From a virus, in IMG/VR virus record IMGVR_UViG_3300045256_000058, positions 1 through 64,000 of that record: a DNA stretch of 64,000 nucleotides. One strand, 5' to 3'. Each line of letters begins with the position of its first letter. Positions within the stretch are counted from its first letter, which is position 1. Shown in pieces: positions 15,926 through 27,600 of the stretch. The translations under genes were made by a program, and so were the position numbers. The notes under the pieces were generated by a model. It did no database searches and was not told the DNA's origin. It saw nothing but the letters and a program-made list of their open reading frames with translations.

Positions 15926-18691
15926 TTAAGGCGTAGTATCGATAGTTGATGCAGATGAAATACCAGAGATAGAGTGACTGTTAAATCCGTATACTCTCAC
16001 GTAATATACACTTGTACCGGATAAATTTGAAAGCAATGCTTGAGTAGTATCTAAGAAGTCTACAACTATACTTTTTTCTAGGTAATTAAAAGTATTTGTC
16101 TTTGATATTTCAATCTCATATCCTATTGCACCAGAAATAGCTGACCAAACTATAATAGCTTCATTCTCGTTAAGGATAGTTACTGTAGATATAGTAGGTG
16201 TACCGCTTAAATCACTTGATAATGCTGGTAATGCACTCAGAGTAAAGTTAGTAGTAGCAGGTAATGTTCTTGTAGTACCGCTAATACCGTAAGCTCTTAC
16301 ATAATAAGTAATTCCAGCATCTCCGAGAAATGTAACTGCATTTGTACTTGTTTCTATATAGGCTTCTGTAGTTAGAAAATCAGAACGTCTTGACACAAGT
16401 ACTACGTAGCTACTATATACTGTCGCTCCAAGTGTAAGTGTCGTCCTATCAAATGAAGTAGAACCAGCACTAACTGTGATTGTTGATAAAGCTCCATTTT
16501 CAGTAGTATCAGTTAGAAAATCAGCATAATCTTTGCTCTTTTGCGTCGTAAAGTATGCGGGTAATGACATATCTGTATAAGAATTAGAGCTTTCGTTATA
16601 CTGCTGTATGATTACACTATAATCACTATTTGCTGTTAAACCGCTTACATAATAGTTGTCAGTATCTCCAACTGCTACCGGAAATGTATGACCTGTAATA
16701 GGTGTATATGTTCCAGCAATATTTTTCTTTACCTGAATTCGATATAACTTAGATGATGTCTTTTTCCATCTAATTATTGCCGTTGTATCAGTAAGTATTG
16801 GAGGTAACAATATAGGATTACGAGTATAAGCTGAGATAACATTGCTTTTAGCACCGTCAATACCTCCTGCATTGTTATATCCTCTAAAGTAATAATTAAT
16901 TTCATCATTCATTAAATTAGAGATGTCATATTTATTATTTACGGATGTGATTGTTCTTGGATTCCAACCTTGCTTTAGAAACTTAAAATCTTTATCAGTA
17001 GAAACAAGTAATCGATTCAAAATACCTGACCATTCTAGGTATCTTCCATCCGCTGAGAATGAAATAATTGGAGCAGTAGCTAGTGTAGTAAAAGTACCTA
17101 GTACAGAACTGTTTCTATCACCACTTGATGTTTGACCTGTAATGACGTAAGTATACGTAGTTGCAGGCTCTAAAAAGATGTCTAAATAGTAGCTAGAAAC
17201 ATAGCCAATATCTCTTTGATTGTAAAAACCGTCACCTAGAAAATTTGATGAGTCTGCTTGCTTGTAAATTGTAAGCAAATATTTCGTATAGGCAGCATTT
17301 ACAGTCCAATTTAGTCTTGCAGTACTTTGACTTAATTCAGTAACAGTACCTAACCCAATTACAGGTAATGAGCTATTTGTAGTCACTGAAACAGAGTTAG
17401 ATGCAGGACTGATTTCAATATTATTTAGAGCGTATACTCGAACATAGTATGTCGTAGAAGCACTCAATCCATCAAATACAAAAGTATCAACATCGCGTAC
17501 ATAAACTGACCGAAGTATTGAAGCAAAGTTAGAAGCAGTAGAAACTTGAATGTAATATCTAGTGGTGTATGTTCTTTTTACCCAAGTAAACACAAATCCT
17601 GTGGCAAATGTAGTACTAGGAACTAATGCTTGAGGAGGATTAAGAGAGCTATTTATCGCAAGAGTATTAATAGGTCTAATAGTGTATGAACTTGTATTAG
17701 ATGGATGTATTGCTCTGACTCTAAAATAGTAAAGAGTATTAGCAGTAAGCCCTGTAGCTAAGTATCTTGTATCAGTAACCACCGCATTTTCGACTACAAA
17801 TGTACCAAAGTCTGAAGCAGTAGAAATATCTACTCTATATGATGTTGCGTATTGAACAGCATTCCAGGCAACCTCAAACTCAGTATCTTTAGTGTTTCTA
17901 ACTTCACGAATACTGGGGGCACTTAGTCCTACTGTTAAATCACTATAAGTTGCCACATCATCAAGTGTTGTAAATGTAGCAGTATTACTGTATTTAGATA
18001 ATGTAGAGCCTTGTTTAGCTCTTACTCGAAAATAATATGTTGTATTTTCTACTAAAACTGGAATATCGTAGAAGTTTACATTTCCTACATCTAAAGCATT
18101 AACTACAAGAGAAGTAAACGAGCTATCCGAAGCAACATCAAGTATATAACTGGTTGCAGAAGGTACGTTAGTCCAATTTGCTGTAGCCGTAATTGCAGTT
18201 AAATTTGTAACACCAATTGCAATCGGAGCAGTTAGATTAGTTAATGTAGTAAATGTAAAGGTTGTATAGCTAGAAATAGAAGTAGAGTTAGATACTCGTA
18301 CTCGACCATAGTATGTAGTGTTTGGGTCAAGATTTTGAACTTCAACTGCTACAAAACCCTCATTATTGCGTATAGCGGTACAAGTATTTTTACCAATTAT
18401 AAAAGTTAAGTTGTTATAAATCGGAGCTGAATAATCGGCATTAGGTGAAATAGTAACCTTTATTTCTTCTATCTGTTCGTTTGCAGGAAAGAAATTAAAA
18501 GCAATATCTAATGTACCACTTGATACATTTGTAAAGGCTATTACTGGTGCAGATGCACTTAATGGTGTTGTATAGCTAGTATTATCTGAAAGAGTAGTAA
18601 CTGGAATTGTTTCAGAATATTCACTCTCTGATTCAGTTGTAATTGCTTTTACACGATAGTAATAAGTAGTATTTGGTCTTATTGTACTCAT
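15926..18691 (-). CDS. fibronectin type III repeat virion protein
   Basis: Multiple W...Y.(L/V)DV....F ... L...T.YY.RV.A repeats. Confidence 0.85.
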   Translation of the reverse strand: MSTIRPNTTYYYRVKAITTESESEYSETIPVTTLSDNTSYTTPLSASAPVIAFTNVSSGTLDIAFNFFPANEQIEEIKVTISPNADYSAPIYNNLTFIIGKNTCTAIRNNEGFVAVEVQNLDPNTTYYGRVRVSNSTSISSYTTFTFTTLTNLTAPIAIGVTNLTAITATANWTNVPSATSYILDVASDSSFTSLVVNALDVGNVNFYDIPVLVENTTYYFRVRAKQGSTLSKYSNTATFTTLDDVATYSDLTVGLSAPSIREVRNTKDTEFEVAWNAVQYATSYRVDISTASDFGTFVVENAVVTDTRYLATGLTANTLYYFRVRAIHPSNTSSYTIRPINTLAINSSLNPPQALVPSTTFATGFVFTWVKRTYTTRYYIQVSTASNFASILRSVYVRDVDTFVFDGLSASTTYYVRVYALNNIEISPASNSVSVTTNSSLPVIGLGTVTELSQSTARLNWTVNAAYTKYLLTIYKQADSSNFLGDGFYNQRDIGYVSSYYLDIFLEPATTYTYVITGQTSSGDRNSSVLGTFTTLATAPIISFSADGRYLEWSGILNRLLVSTDKDFKFLKQGWNPRTITSVNNKYDISNLMNDEINYYFRGYNNAGGIDGAKSNVISAYTRNPILLPPILTDTTAIIRWKKTSSKLYRIQVKKNIAGTYTPITGHTFPVAVGDTDNYYVSGLTANSDYSVIIQQYNESSNSYTDMSLPAYFTTQKSKDYADFLTDTTENGALSTITVSAGSTSFDRTTLTLGATVYSSYVVLVSRRSDFLTTEAYIETSTNAVTFLGDAGITYYVRAYGISGTTRTLPATTNFTLSALPALSSDLSGTPTISTVTILNENEAIIVWSAISGAIGYEIEISKTNTFNYLEKSIVVDFLDTTQALLSNLSGTSVYYVRVYGFNSHSISGISSASTIDTTP

Positions 18692-18716
18692 GGGAACCTA
18701 TAACTCTTATTTAATT

Positions 18717-19412
18717 CTACACTGGAACTCCCCTTGGGAATATCTGACCTACTACTGGTCTTACTGCTCCTCCACCACCACTTCCTACTGGAATAGTAAT
18801 TGTTCCTGCGCGATTTACTTCTTTATAATCAAAATACTCTATTTTTCCATAACTACTACTAAGTATGTAGGAAGTTCCATACTTAAAATTACCGTAACTA
18901 TAAATAACTTGAGAGTTTGAATCTGTATGCTCTAAAGTAAATTCACTAATTTGTACTTTCGCACTTGGTTGACTTGTAAAGAGTAATCGATAGACATAGT
19001 AGTTATTTATACCTATATTTGCTTGACCACTTCCAGAACTAGCATAGCCAGTAGATGTAGTTGGTGTAAATGTAAATAATCTAGCTACGTTATCTGTCCA
19101 CCCAGAGCTTAAACTACTTTGAGTATTCATATCAATCCAATTAGTTCCGTCATCATATGAACCCTGTAGCTTAAAATCAGTAGGTGCATGAGTGGCAACA
19201 CTAGGACATTTAATACTGTAAGAATCAACTAGAGTATTAAACGGTAGAAATATTCTTAACCATTCATTCGAAGCGTTTGTACTAGGTTCCCAATATGTAC
19301 CACTACTATTATCAAAAGCTTTGTACGCATCACTGCTATTGCTACTTGCATCAGCAGTAAATTGAGCAGGCGTAGTATTCGATGTAAGATTAGTGGGTGC
19401 AAAATTAGTCAT
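18717..19412 (-). CDS. discoidin/F5-8 type C carbohydrate-binding virion protein
   Basis: ASS..AYKAFD...W, EWL, P.DFKLQGS.D..W, YRL, E motifs. Confidence 0.75.
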   Translation of the reverse strand: MTNFAPTNLTSNTTPAQFTADASSNSSDAYKAFDNSSGTYWEPSTNASNEWLRIFLPFNTLVDSYSIKCPSVATHAPTDFKLQGSYDDGTNWIDMNTQSSLSSGWTDNVARLFTFTPTTSTGYASSGSGQANIGINNYYVYRLLFTSQPSAKVQISEFTLEHTDSNSQVIYSYGNFKYGTSYILSSSYGKIEYFDYKEVNRAGTITIPVGSGGGGAVRPVVGQIFPRGVPV

Positions 19413-20620
19413 TACACAATACGGATAGCAAGCTTGGAATATGTATATACAGGGTTGTGATTATTAGATATAACTAAATATTCTTCTGTGCCCGAACTAA
19501 CTACAATTCTATCGAACTGATTTACTCCTTGCGAAGCAACCAAGATAATATCGTTAGAAAACTTACCTGTATAACCTTTGCCGCTATAATCTACAAGTAC
19601 CGGAGCCTGAATAGCATCAACTTTATTTGAATTACCTGGATTTTTATAATAAGGAGGGGTACTATCGAATCTCATTTCAGGCAAAATAGTTGGAATATAG
19701 AAACCAGTTCCCATTGGATGATATGAGCCAGAAAATGTCATAAATCTATCAAACCAAGGGTCTACGGGGATAAAGCAATAAGGATAGCTATTTTCATCCC
19801 AATATGAAGGTTTTACAGCAGGTCTAATATACCCGGTAAAGATTGGAGCATGTTGCTGTTGAAGAATAAACACACCTCTTATCTCATCGTGATTAATTGC
19901 TTTGAATTGAATAGGTGCGCTTTGATTTAGTGCATAAGATAATGGGTTAGAAGTACTAATAGTACCGTAAGCCCTTGTTTCTGGTTGATTACTATCTTGA
20001 AAATAACCAATATGATGACTCCATCCAAAAGGTTGATAAGCAGTTTCAGTCATACCATTTACACCTCTATAGTTAGCATCAAATTCACCGTTAGTTAACC
20101 CTGCTTGAGCATTTCTATTTGCACCCGTAGATGGGTTATACCAGTAATTTCTATAAGCTTGACTAAAGTTGCCTGGAAAATGTGGTGCATACCCTCCAAT
20201 TACTGTATCAGCAGATGAAGTTAGATTAGGTCGTTTATTTGTACTGTCCCAACCACCAAACATTGCCCAATGACCACAAACGGTGCGAACATGGGGACTG
20301 CCATATCCCGAATCATATCCCTGCATATAACCACTCCAACCTGCGCGAGTATAGAAATTAAATTGAAGTGTTCCTTTAGTCTTACCAGCATCAAATACGA
20401 TTTCTTTGATGAATCCAGCTAAAGAATTTGCATTTCCTCCATTCCATATATTGTTTCCACCATAATCTTTAAGATATTGGTCAGTAATGTCATAAGTATC
20501 GATGTCAGTATTGGGGAATCCAGCATCTACTAATGCAGATTTCCAAGCAGTTATAAAATCTGTCTTTCTAACCCAAGGAGTTGTTGTTAAATAGCTATCT
20601 GTAATAATTGCGTTTGTCAT
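19412..20620 (-). CDS. putative tail/receptor-binding protein
   Basis: G/Y/N-rich beta-type protein within the structural cluster. Confidence 0.5.
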   Translation of the reverse strand: MTNAIITDSYLTTTPWVRKTDFITAWKSALVDAGFPNTDIDTYDITDQYLKDYGGNNIWNGGNANSLAGFIKEIVFDAGKTKGTLQFNFYTRAGWSGYMQGYDSGYGSPHVRTVCGHWAMFGGWDSTNKRPNLTSSADTVIGGYAPHFPGNFSQAYRNYWYNPSTGANRNAQAGLTNGEFDANYRGVNGMTETAYQPFGWSHHIGYFQDSNQPETRAYGTISTSNPLSYALNQSAPIQFKAINHDEIRGVFILQQQHAPIFTGYIRPAVKPSYWDENSYPYCFIPVDPWFDRFMTFSGSYHPMGTGFYIPTILPEMRFDSTPPYYKNPGNSNKVDAIQAPVLVDYSGKGYTGKFSNDIILVASQGVNQFDRIVVSSGTEEYLVISNNHNPVYTYSKLAIRIV

Positions 20621-20624
20621 ATTT

Positions 20625-21704
20625 TTACCATTTTACGCCTGTAAGAGTACAGGTAATACTACGTGATACTGAATCGTTGTTTGTAATGATTATCCAAAGA
20701 GTAGAAGAAGTAAGTGTATAGAAAGCTACTACAGGTGATAAATCAAGTATTAAATTACTTCCTGTTGTTACACACTCTAAAATACATCCATGCTCACCAC
20801 TTAATTCTACCGTAACTGGTCTACTTGCGTCAGCAGATGCGTATGCGGAACTAATATAAACTCTTATTCTCGCTGGGTAGTCTGTTTCTACTTTTGTGAA
20901 AAATCCAATATCATTACCACAGTTAAAACTTTGTGTTTCCGAGGTATTAGATGCGATAGAAGATGTTGTAATTGCAGCACTGTTAGTCGTTAATGAACTC
21001 GGTGCTGAAATATTAATCGTAGCATCACTTCCACTTACGGAAGCGGTTACAGCAGACCCCGTAAAGTTAATACTTGTTGCAGTTCCTTGAGATGTACCTT
21101 CATCTTTAATAGTTAAACTACTTCCGCCGCCAGAGCTAGAAATAGTAAGAGTATTCGCTGTATCGTCATAGGTAAGTGTAATACCTGTACCTTGTTGAAG
21201 AAGTAAAGCTACTCTATCGTCTACCGCTTCACTAAAATTAACGACATCCGCAGCTACGTGAGTATGGTTTACACTAGCTTTTCCGGCTAAATCTGTAATT
21301 AAATTAGCAATTTTAGATTGAGTAATTGCGGCACTAGGAGATATTTGAGCATTAGTAATACTATCGTTAACTAATGTAAAAGTAATTTGATTAGATGCGT
21401 CATTATAAGTAACATCAATCAATCCTGTGTCCACTAATAATGCACCTACTCGGTCATCTACCGCTTCGGAGAAATCTAAAATATCCGTACTCGTTACTAC
21501 AGCTTTAGTCTTATACCATCTACCTATTCCGTCATCAGGATAGATAATATTAGGAATACTTTCTGATTCCATAGAGGCTGGTACAAATATATACCATGCT
21601 TTCTCAGAAGCTACAAGAACTATGTATCTACTTGTCTTAATTGTATTGTCAATTGCTCGTAATGCAGTTAAATCGTCTACTGCATAACCTGTAGAAGCTG
21701 CCAT
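20625..21704 (-). CDS. tail fibre/spike-like protein
   Basis: N-terminal 'L.ALRA...GRW' domain; duplicated FSEAVDDRV repeat; IKDEGT..INFTG motif. Confidence 0.65.
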   Translation of the reverse strand: MAASTGYAVDDLTALRAIDNTIKTSRYIVLVASEKAWYIFVPASMESESIPNIIYPDDGIGRWYKTKAVVTSTDILDFSEAVDDRVGALLVDTGLIDVTYNDASNQITFTLVNDSITNAQISPSAAITQSKIANLITDLAGKASVNHTHVAADVVNFSEAVDDRVALLLQQGTGITLTYDDTANTLTISSSGGGSSLTIKDEGTSQGTATSINFTGSAVTASVSGSDATINISAPSSLTTNSAAITTSSIASNTSETQSFNCGNDIGFFTKVETDYPARIRVYISSAYASADASRPVTVELSGEHGCILECVTTGSNLILDLSPVVAFYTLTSSTLWIIITNNDSVSRSITCTLTGVKW

Positions 21705-21705
21705 G

Positions 21706-22890
21706 TTAGAAAGGAGGTAAGTTTATTCTTGGTTGTGTTGGGTTTCCAGTAACCGTATCATACCAATCATGAATTTCATTTAATCTAAGCGGATTTTTAG
21801 AGACGTTAGTTTTGTTAGTAGCACCTAAAGATTTATATACTACTTTTTGCATCTCAGGATGTCCAGTTACATTCAGTACTGAGCTTCCTGGGTAATTTTC
21901 TTTAAGACCTCTTACAAAACTTTCACCATCAAGCATTGCTTTTGCGTCTCTTCTACTTTGAGGTAGCCATGACGTAACTTGTTGTAGATTTGTACCTACT
22001 TCATCGGGTAAATAATGTCTTGGATTAGGAATGAAATCAGTATTTACAATTCCATTATGTTCAGTAGCACTAGAGATACCCTGTAGTTTATTACCATTCA
22101 TAATCGGACGTACTTGCATATTCGGTACTAGATTATCTTTCATAGAAGCATTTATACCTCGTAAACGAGATGTCAAATTATCTTCTACCTCTTGCTGTTT
22201 TTGAAGATGACGATAATCAATATTTTTAATGAGTCCGGTATTTAACTCAGGATACATTTGACCCCATCTACGAGATAGAATATCCATTCTTAGAGGAGTA
22301 ATCCTAGCAGCAAAATCAGCATGTTTTCTAGCAGCATTATAAGCTGCACCCAATGTAGGATTATCAGTTTTTTCTAGCTTACGAATAGTTTTACGAAGAT
22401 GTTGCGGAATCTTTTTCCATTCATCAGGTGGAATATACGTATACGCATCATTTTTAGTGCTTTTTGGAGCAGACGGAATATCAAAACCATTATCATCGCG
22501 CATTTTGAAGTTAACTATATCGCTCATAAAGCTCCAATTCGCTTTAGTAGCATAATATGCAGGTTGTCTAGGGTCTTCTGCTGCTGGTTTACCACTTTTT
22601 AACTTAATTGCACCGTGTCTCTTTTGAAAGTTTTCACGTCTTTTCTTGTCTTTATGCACATAGTAGTCATCGTACTCTGTGTGACCCCAGTGAACGTTGT
22701 GTGTCTTACCAGTATTAGTATTCTTTACGGTCGCTACATACTTTTTATTTTTACGAGGTGATTTATCAATTTTTTGAATCTTATAAGTCTCACCATCATA
22801 ATCTACAGTTCGACCACCTCTAACTCTTAATTTATTAGGGTCAACAGGGTCACTGGTAGCAGCAAAATTAGCTTGTAATAATAGTCTCAT
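21706..22890 (-). CDS. multi-module putative internal protein with a DUF5754-like N-terminal domain and three A/V-x-F motifs
   Basis: KKYVATV..VHWG..Y.DY..HKD..RR.NF.KRH..P.YY..W (family recalled, not searched); QANF, SFMSDIVNF, HADF. Confidence 0.6.
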   Translation of the reverse strand: MRLLLQANFAATSDPVDPNKLRVRGGRTVDYDGETYKIQKIDKSPRKNKKYVATVKNTNTGKTHNVHWGHTEYDDYYVHKDKKRRENFQKRHGAIKLKSGKPAAEDPRQPAYYATKANWSFMSDIVNFKMRDDNGFDIPSAPKSTKNDAYTYIPPDEWKKIPQHLRKTIRKLEKTDNPTLGAAYNAARKHADFAARITPLRMDILSRRWGQMYPELNTGLIKNIDYRHLQKQQEVEDNLTSRLRGINASMKDNLVPNMQVRPIMNGNKLQGISSATEHNGIVNTDFIPNPRHYLPDEVGTNLQQVTSWLPQSRRDAKAMLDGESFVRGLKENYPGSSVLNVTGHPEMQKVVYKSLGATNKTNVSKNPLRLNEIHDWYDTVTGNPTQPRINLPPF

Positions 22891-22895
22891 AATCC

Positions 22896-23693
22896 CTATT
22901 CTAGGTTATTCCAGTCGTCTTCAGTCATGCTATTCCATATATCAATACTAACATCATTCCACGTAATTGAGCCTAATCCACCCAATAGTATGTTTGAAAT
23001 ATCGACTAACTGAGCATTAGTAATCTTAGGAATAAATACTAGAAAATAACACAATTTACCTGTAAAAGGACTACCCGCAGTATTGTCATTACCTAGATAG
23101 AAAAGATATGGGTCAAAAGTAGGTAAATATCCTTTATTGCTGTTAATAAATCTATCGAATGTAGCACTATTTACTGAGAAATTAGTAATACCTAGTTTTA
23201 CATCGTGATTAAAAATAATTGATTGAGATACTGTTGTTCCAGTAGTCAAATCCGATATATTAGATGTCGCTTTTTCGGCTCCTACATTTCGAATAGCAAA
23301 GTTTTGCACTGCTTTAAGAGTATTTAACTTGTAATCGAGTACATTCGGATAAGTAGATAGCCTGTTTCCAATAGTCAATAACTGCTGAGTAATACTTACA
23401 TCAGTTTGAGTGATAAATAGTGTTGAATATGATTTAGCATTAGCAAATAAAGACCTATCTACCGGATATAAACGGTCATTACTAGAAAAAGATACTCCTT
23501 TACCGAGTATAGATGGATGATACGCACTATTCGATTGTACGAAATCATATTGAGGATAGTCTACTGTATTTTTCCAGTAAAAATTAGTACCTGAGATATA
23601 CAATTTACTACCATTTCTACCATCTAAAAATACTTTGCAAGGTAGATTGTTATCGCTAATATAATCTAAGACTTCTGCTGTCGGTGATGGCAT
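22896..23693 (-). CDS. putative virion protein (LamG/ConA-like)
   Basis: FYLGN...F.GKLC.F..F C-terminal LamG-like pattern. Confidence 0.5.
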   Translation of the reverse strand: MPSPTAEVLDYISDNNLPCKVFLDGRNGSKLYISGTNFYWKNTVDYPQYDFVQSNSAYHPSILGKGVSFSSNDRLYPVDRSLFANAKSYSTLFITQTDVSITQQLLTIGNRLSTYPNVLDYKLNTLKAVQNFAIRNVGAEKATSNISDLTTGTTVSQSIIFNHDVKLGITNFSVNSATFDRFINSNKGYLPTFDPYLFYLGNDNTAGSPFTGKLCYFLVFIPKITNAQLVDISNILLGGLGSITWNDVSIDIWNSMTEDDWNNLE

Positions 23694-24133
23694 ATTGCTA
23701 CTGCTGCTGCGTCTGCTTCGTGAGAACTTCTAAAGCCTATTCGAGGATTTTTGTTAGCTTCAGTTACATATTTAATTATATCTTCCTTTGTAGCCCTGCC
23801 ATTACCTGTAACTTGTTTTTTGATAGTAGTCGGAGCATATTCAAATACTTTTACTTCGTGTTTTTCGGCGCTATATTTAATAAGACCTATTACTTCGAGA
23901 GTTCGTATATTTTTAGCTAATGTAACCGGACTGAAAAAAGGTTTTTCTATCGCATAACAAAAATTAAAGTTTTCCTTGAAAAAAGGTGGGATATTGTCAA
24001 GTACTTCTACAAATTCAGTATAGGTTTTAATTTTGTATTCATAAGGTTGTAGAAACTCATCTCTTTCAGGACAATAACCGCAAATTCCAATATGTTGAAC
24101 TCCAGGGTCTATACCCATTATCATTGTATTCAT
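23666..24133 (-). CDS. ruvC: Holliday junction resolvase RuvC
   Basis: IMGIDPG, AIE, Y.P..IKK.VTG.G.A.K, EADAAAVA; start reassigned to ATG at 24133. Confidence 0.9.
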   Translation of the reverse strand: MNTMIMGIDPGVQHIGICGYCPERDEFLQPYEYKIKTYTEFVEVLDNIPPFFKENFNFCYAIEKPFFSPVTLAKNIRTLEVIGLIKYSAEKHEVKVFEYAPTTIKKQVTGNGRATKEDIIKYVTEANKNPRIGFRSSHEADAAAVAICHHRQQKS

Positions 24134-24179
24134 GTTATATAATAGTGGTGTACACAACGACAATAATATCACTAAAATC

Positions 24180-24344
24180 ATGAAGCTTAAGTTAACACCA
24201 GACCTAAAAAATGCTCTTAGAGGGCAACTCGCTTCGATTATTCTGGATGTTATGTTAGACGGTTCTTTAGATACTCCTGACGTAACAGCTACAGCACTTG
24301 AAACTCTTGCAGCAGAAATTAGAAAGCAAAACGTAAATGGCTAA
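24180..24344 (+). CDS. hypothetical protein
   Basis: ATG at 24180, divergent from ruvC; overlaps the next gene. Confidence 0.5.
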   Translation: MKLKLTPDLKNALRGQLASIILDVMLDGSLDTPDVTATALETLAAEIRKQNVNG

Positions 24345-24693
24345 ACCTACATATCAGTTACATCCGCTATCGGAATCAGTCAATTTTCTACCCATCAATA
24401 TTTCTGCCACTTCTTCGGGAACAGCTACATTGCTTCATGAAGTAGATGGTACTAACTATGATGAAGTATGGCTTGATGCGTATAACTACGGTAATACTGA
24501 TGCCATTATTACTTTATGTTTAGGGGGTACGGCAGCACATCAATTAGTGCCTATTCCTGTACCTGCTGGAAGAGGTATTATTCCTATACTTAGAGGTAGC
24601 TCATTTAATGGTGGTATTGACATTAGTGCTTATGCCAGCATTACAAATATGATTGCTGTACTTGGTAGAATCAATAGAATTATCTTTATCTAA
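24337..24693 (+). CDS. putative virion structural protein
   Basis: T.LH...DEVWL.A.N beta-sandwich pattern; in an operon with the LamG protein. Confidence 0.5.
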   Translation: MAKPTYQLHPLSESVNFLPINISATSSGTATLLHEVDGTNYDEVWLDAYNYGNTDAIITLCLGGTAAHQLVPIPVPAGRGIIPILRGSSFNGGIDISAYASITNMIAVLGRINRIIFI

Positions 24694-24695
24694 TC

Positions 24696-27600
24696 ATGCA
24701 TAGACACTATAGAGATTTGTATGGAATTCCTATTCCAAATACATACTCACATAAGCTCATAGACCCTAGTGCTAGTGAGAATTTATTTTATGAGTCTCTA
24801 TATGATTCTGTCCCAGTTAGTGCTACAAATGGAAGTTTAGATACTACTCATTACGTTATTAATTCATCTTCTGTAACATTTACTAATGGTTATTTAGACT
24901 TAGGTACTATTCAGTTAGAAAACAATTGGACATTAGATGGTTGGTTCTACTTAACCACAGATGTAACGCCAATTTTCTCAATTAATGGAATATTTTCTAT
25001 CGAATATGACCAATCCAACTCTGAATTTGTAATCAAAAGAACTCTTTATGATTCAACAAGTGAGACTCGATATTTATCTTGTACTTTAGCTCTAAATGAG
25101 TGGCATTTTATTAGTTTTGTACGAAATTTTAATATACTTAGTCTTTACGTAGATTTAGTATCAGTAGTAAATATTGATAACTTTTATTATCCTATTGCTG
25201 ATGGTCAAGCTTATGTTGGAAAAGTTGCAAGTAATACGTTTACTGGTAATTTAAGCAATATTCGACTATTAAATCAAGCTTTGTATCCAGTACTAAATAC
25301 TGAAATAGTAGAAGGTATTAAGCACCCTTATTTTGAGTCAAATAACTCAAATAAATACGAAATTATTCATCTTAAGGATAAAGAGTACTGTAATGGAGGG
25401 TTGATTTATCCCTTTTCTAACATTAACAATACTTTTTATGATTATCTAAATTCAAGATGGACTATATCTCCTTCTTCTATTAATACTTCTTGGTTTACAG
25501 GAAGTAATGGACTTGTATTAACACTTGACCCAGGAATAGAGATACCAATTTATTACACATTGGAATTCAGCTTCTCCTTACCTGTAAATGTAAGTAGTAA
25601 TGTTGTTCTATATGCTCAATGGCAATCGAGTGTCTATAGAGGATATTATTTTCTATATGACAATATAGACGGTAAAATTAAATTCGTTTATTATAAACCA
25701 GAATTAAACACTATTGAGACAGTAATTGTTGGTAATTATGTACCTAATTCAACTAATTACATAGCGCTACAACGAATTTCATCAGGATTTGAAATATATC
25801 TAAATGGTGCTAGAACAGTTACCTCTTCTTATGCTTTAGGAAAGCCTCTATCACATACTCACCGATTTAATACAAATGTAAATAATGTAGTTGGTAATTC
25901 TAACCTTTATCTGTATGAATTCATACTTTCAAATCTTAAAAAATACGAGTTTGGATATTTTCCATATCAAGATAACTTTAATTATCAAAAAGTAATACCT
26001 GCTACACTTTCATATCCGTATCATCAAATAGTAGACCCTTTTAAGAATACATTTACTACTGCTATTGACTTTGATTTAAGTGGTAGTAGCTCAATTAGTC
26101 CTGGAGATACAAATGTTTACACTATCTCACAAAAAGGTAGATATAAGTATCCGATTACATACAATATTTACGTCTTATTCGAGGATTTAGATGAGTTATC
26201 AGGAATTGACATTACTAAGCCTAATAGTGTTATTGTTTCTGCTGGTAATGTAGGTACTACTTTTACACTTGAATTAGCTAATTATGTCACTAACCCATAC
26301 AAACGTAGCTTTACAGTAGTTGTAGTTAGTAAATTTGCTAGAAAAAATGTTTATGTCGAGATAAATGATTCTCGTACTTTAGCCCTAACACCGATTACAA
26401 GTATCTCAGGATACGTAGACGGATATTTAACCTCTCAATCAACTGTTTCTGGTACATTACCTAATCTCGCTAATACTCATAACGGAACTACAAGTGCTAC
26501 TAGAAAATCAAGTAATTCGTATGGTTATATCTACCCTCTCACTGATACTGCTGATGCAATTACTATTCCCGAAATAACTGGAATCAAAACTATTGTATTT
26601 TTGTATCGAGAGCTAGTAAATACACCGAGTAGGAGCTATATAGGTCATACAGATTACTACACGCTTAATGGTGGTACTACGTATGAGCTAGTAGGAGCCA
26701 GACAACTTATTACTAATGACTTTATACAAGCAATTAATTTAGAATATCGAGCATCGAGAGTCGAGATTTCAGGTAATGACTCTACTTTTATTGTGTTTGA
26801 TGATAATCTAAATAAACTGTATCTTTATGAAAAAGATTTAACTGGTGCATGGAAATCTACACCTTCTGAAATTGTTCTTGACCTAAATGATACTAATTTA
26901 TTGCAAGAAGCTGCTCTTTCAATTACTAATGACGGTACTATCTTTGCACTAGGTATGAAGAATGGAAATGATGGTGAAGGAGTAGTTCAAATCTGGAGAA
27001 AGACAGGAGATACTTGGACTAAAGACCTTCATCTTGGAAGTCCTGTACCTGCTCCCTATCAAGGTGGTTTCGGACATTCAGTTTCGTTATCAGAAGACGG
27101 ATTGACACTATTTGTCGGAGAAATAGGTTCTAACGCAGTTTATGTATTTGAAAAGAGTACATTGTGGTCTGCTATACCTACAGAAACATTTTTAGGAGAT
27201 TTAAGATTTGGTTTTTCCATCGATACTAATGAGGATGGGACATTATTGGTAGTTACATCAGTAGATGCAAATAGTCTTGATGGTGAAACTCATATTTATA
27301 GAAAAACAACAGGATGGGCAGAAGAAGAAGTACTAAATTACGGCTCTATCTGTAGACTTAACGAAATTACAGAGAAATTATTAATTAGTAACTATCTACA
27401 GTCAGAAGTAAGACTATACGAGAAAATAACGGGTACATGGACACTAATTACTACCTTAACGTCTGCTACTCCTAACTTTGGATATTCAATTGGATTAAGT
27501 CAATCATCTAATATCTGTATTGGTAGTCCAGATGAAAGTAAACTATATCTTTATAAAGAAAGTGATACATGGACAGTACCTCTACAGTTTTCTAACGAAA

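Noticed and set aside
21220-21250. VVNF in the tail fibre and SADF at the 43558 N-terminus as cleavage tags
   Set aside because: VVNF is part of the FSEAVDDRV structural repeat (the other copy reads ILDF). Tail proteins are unlikely prohead-protease substrates, so these are treated as chance matches.
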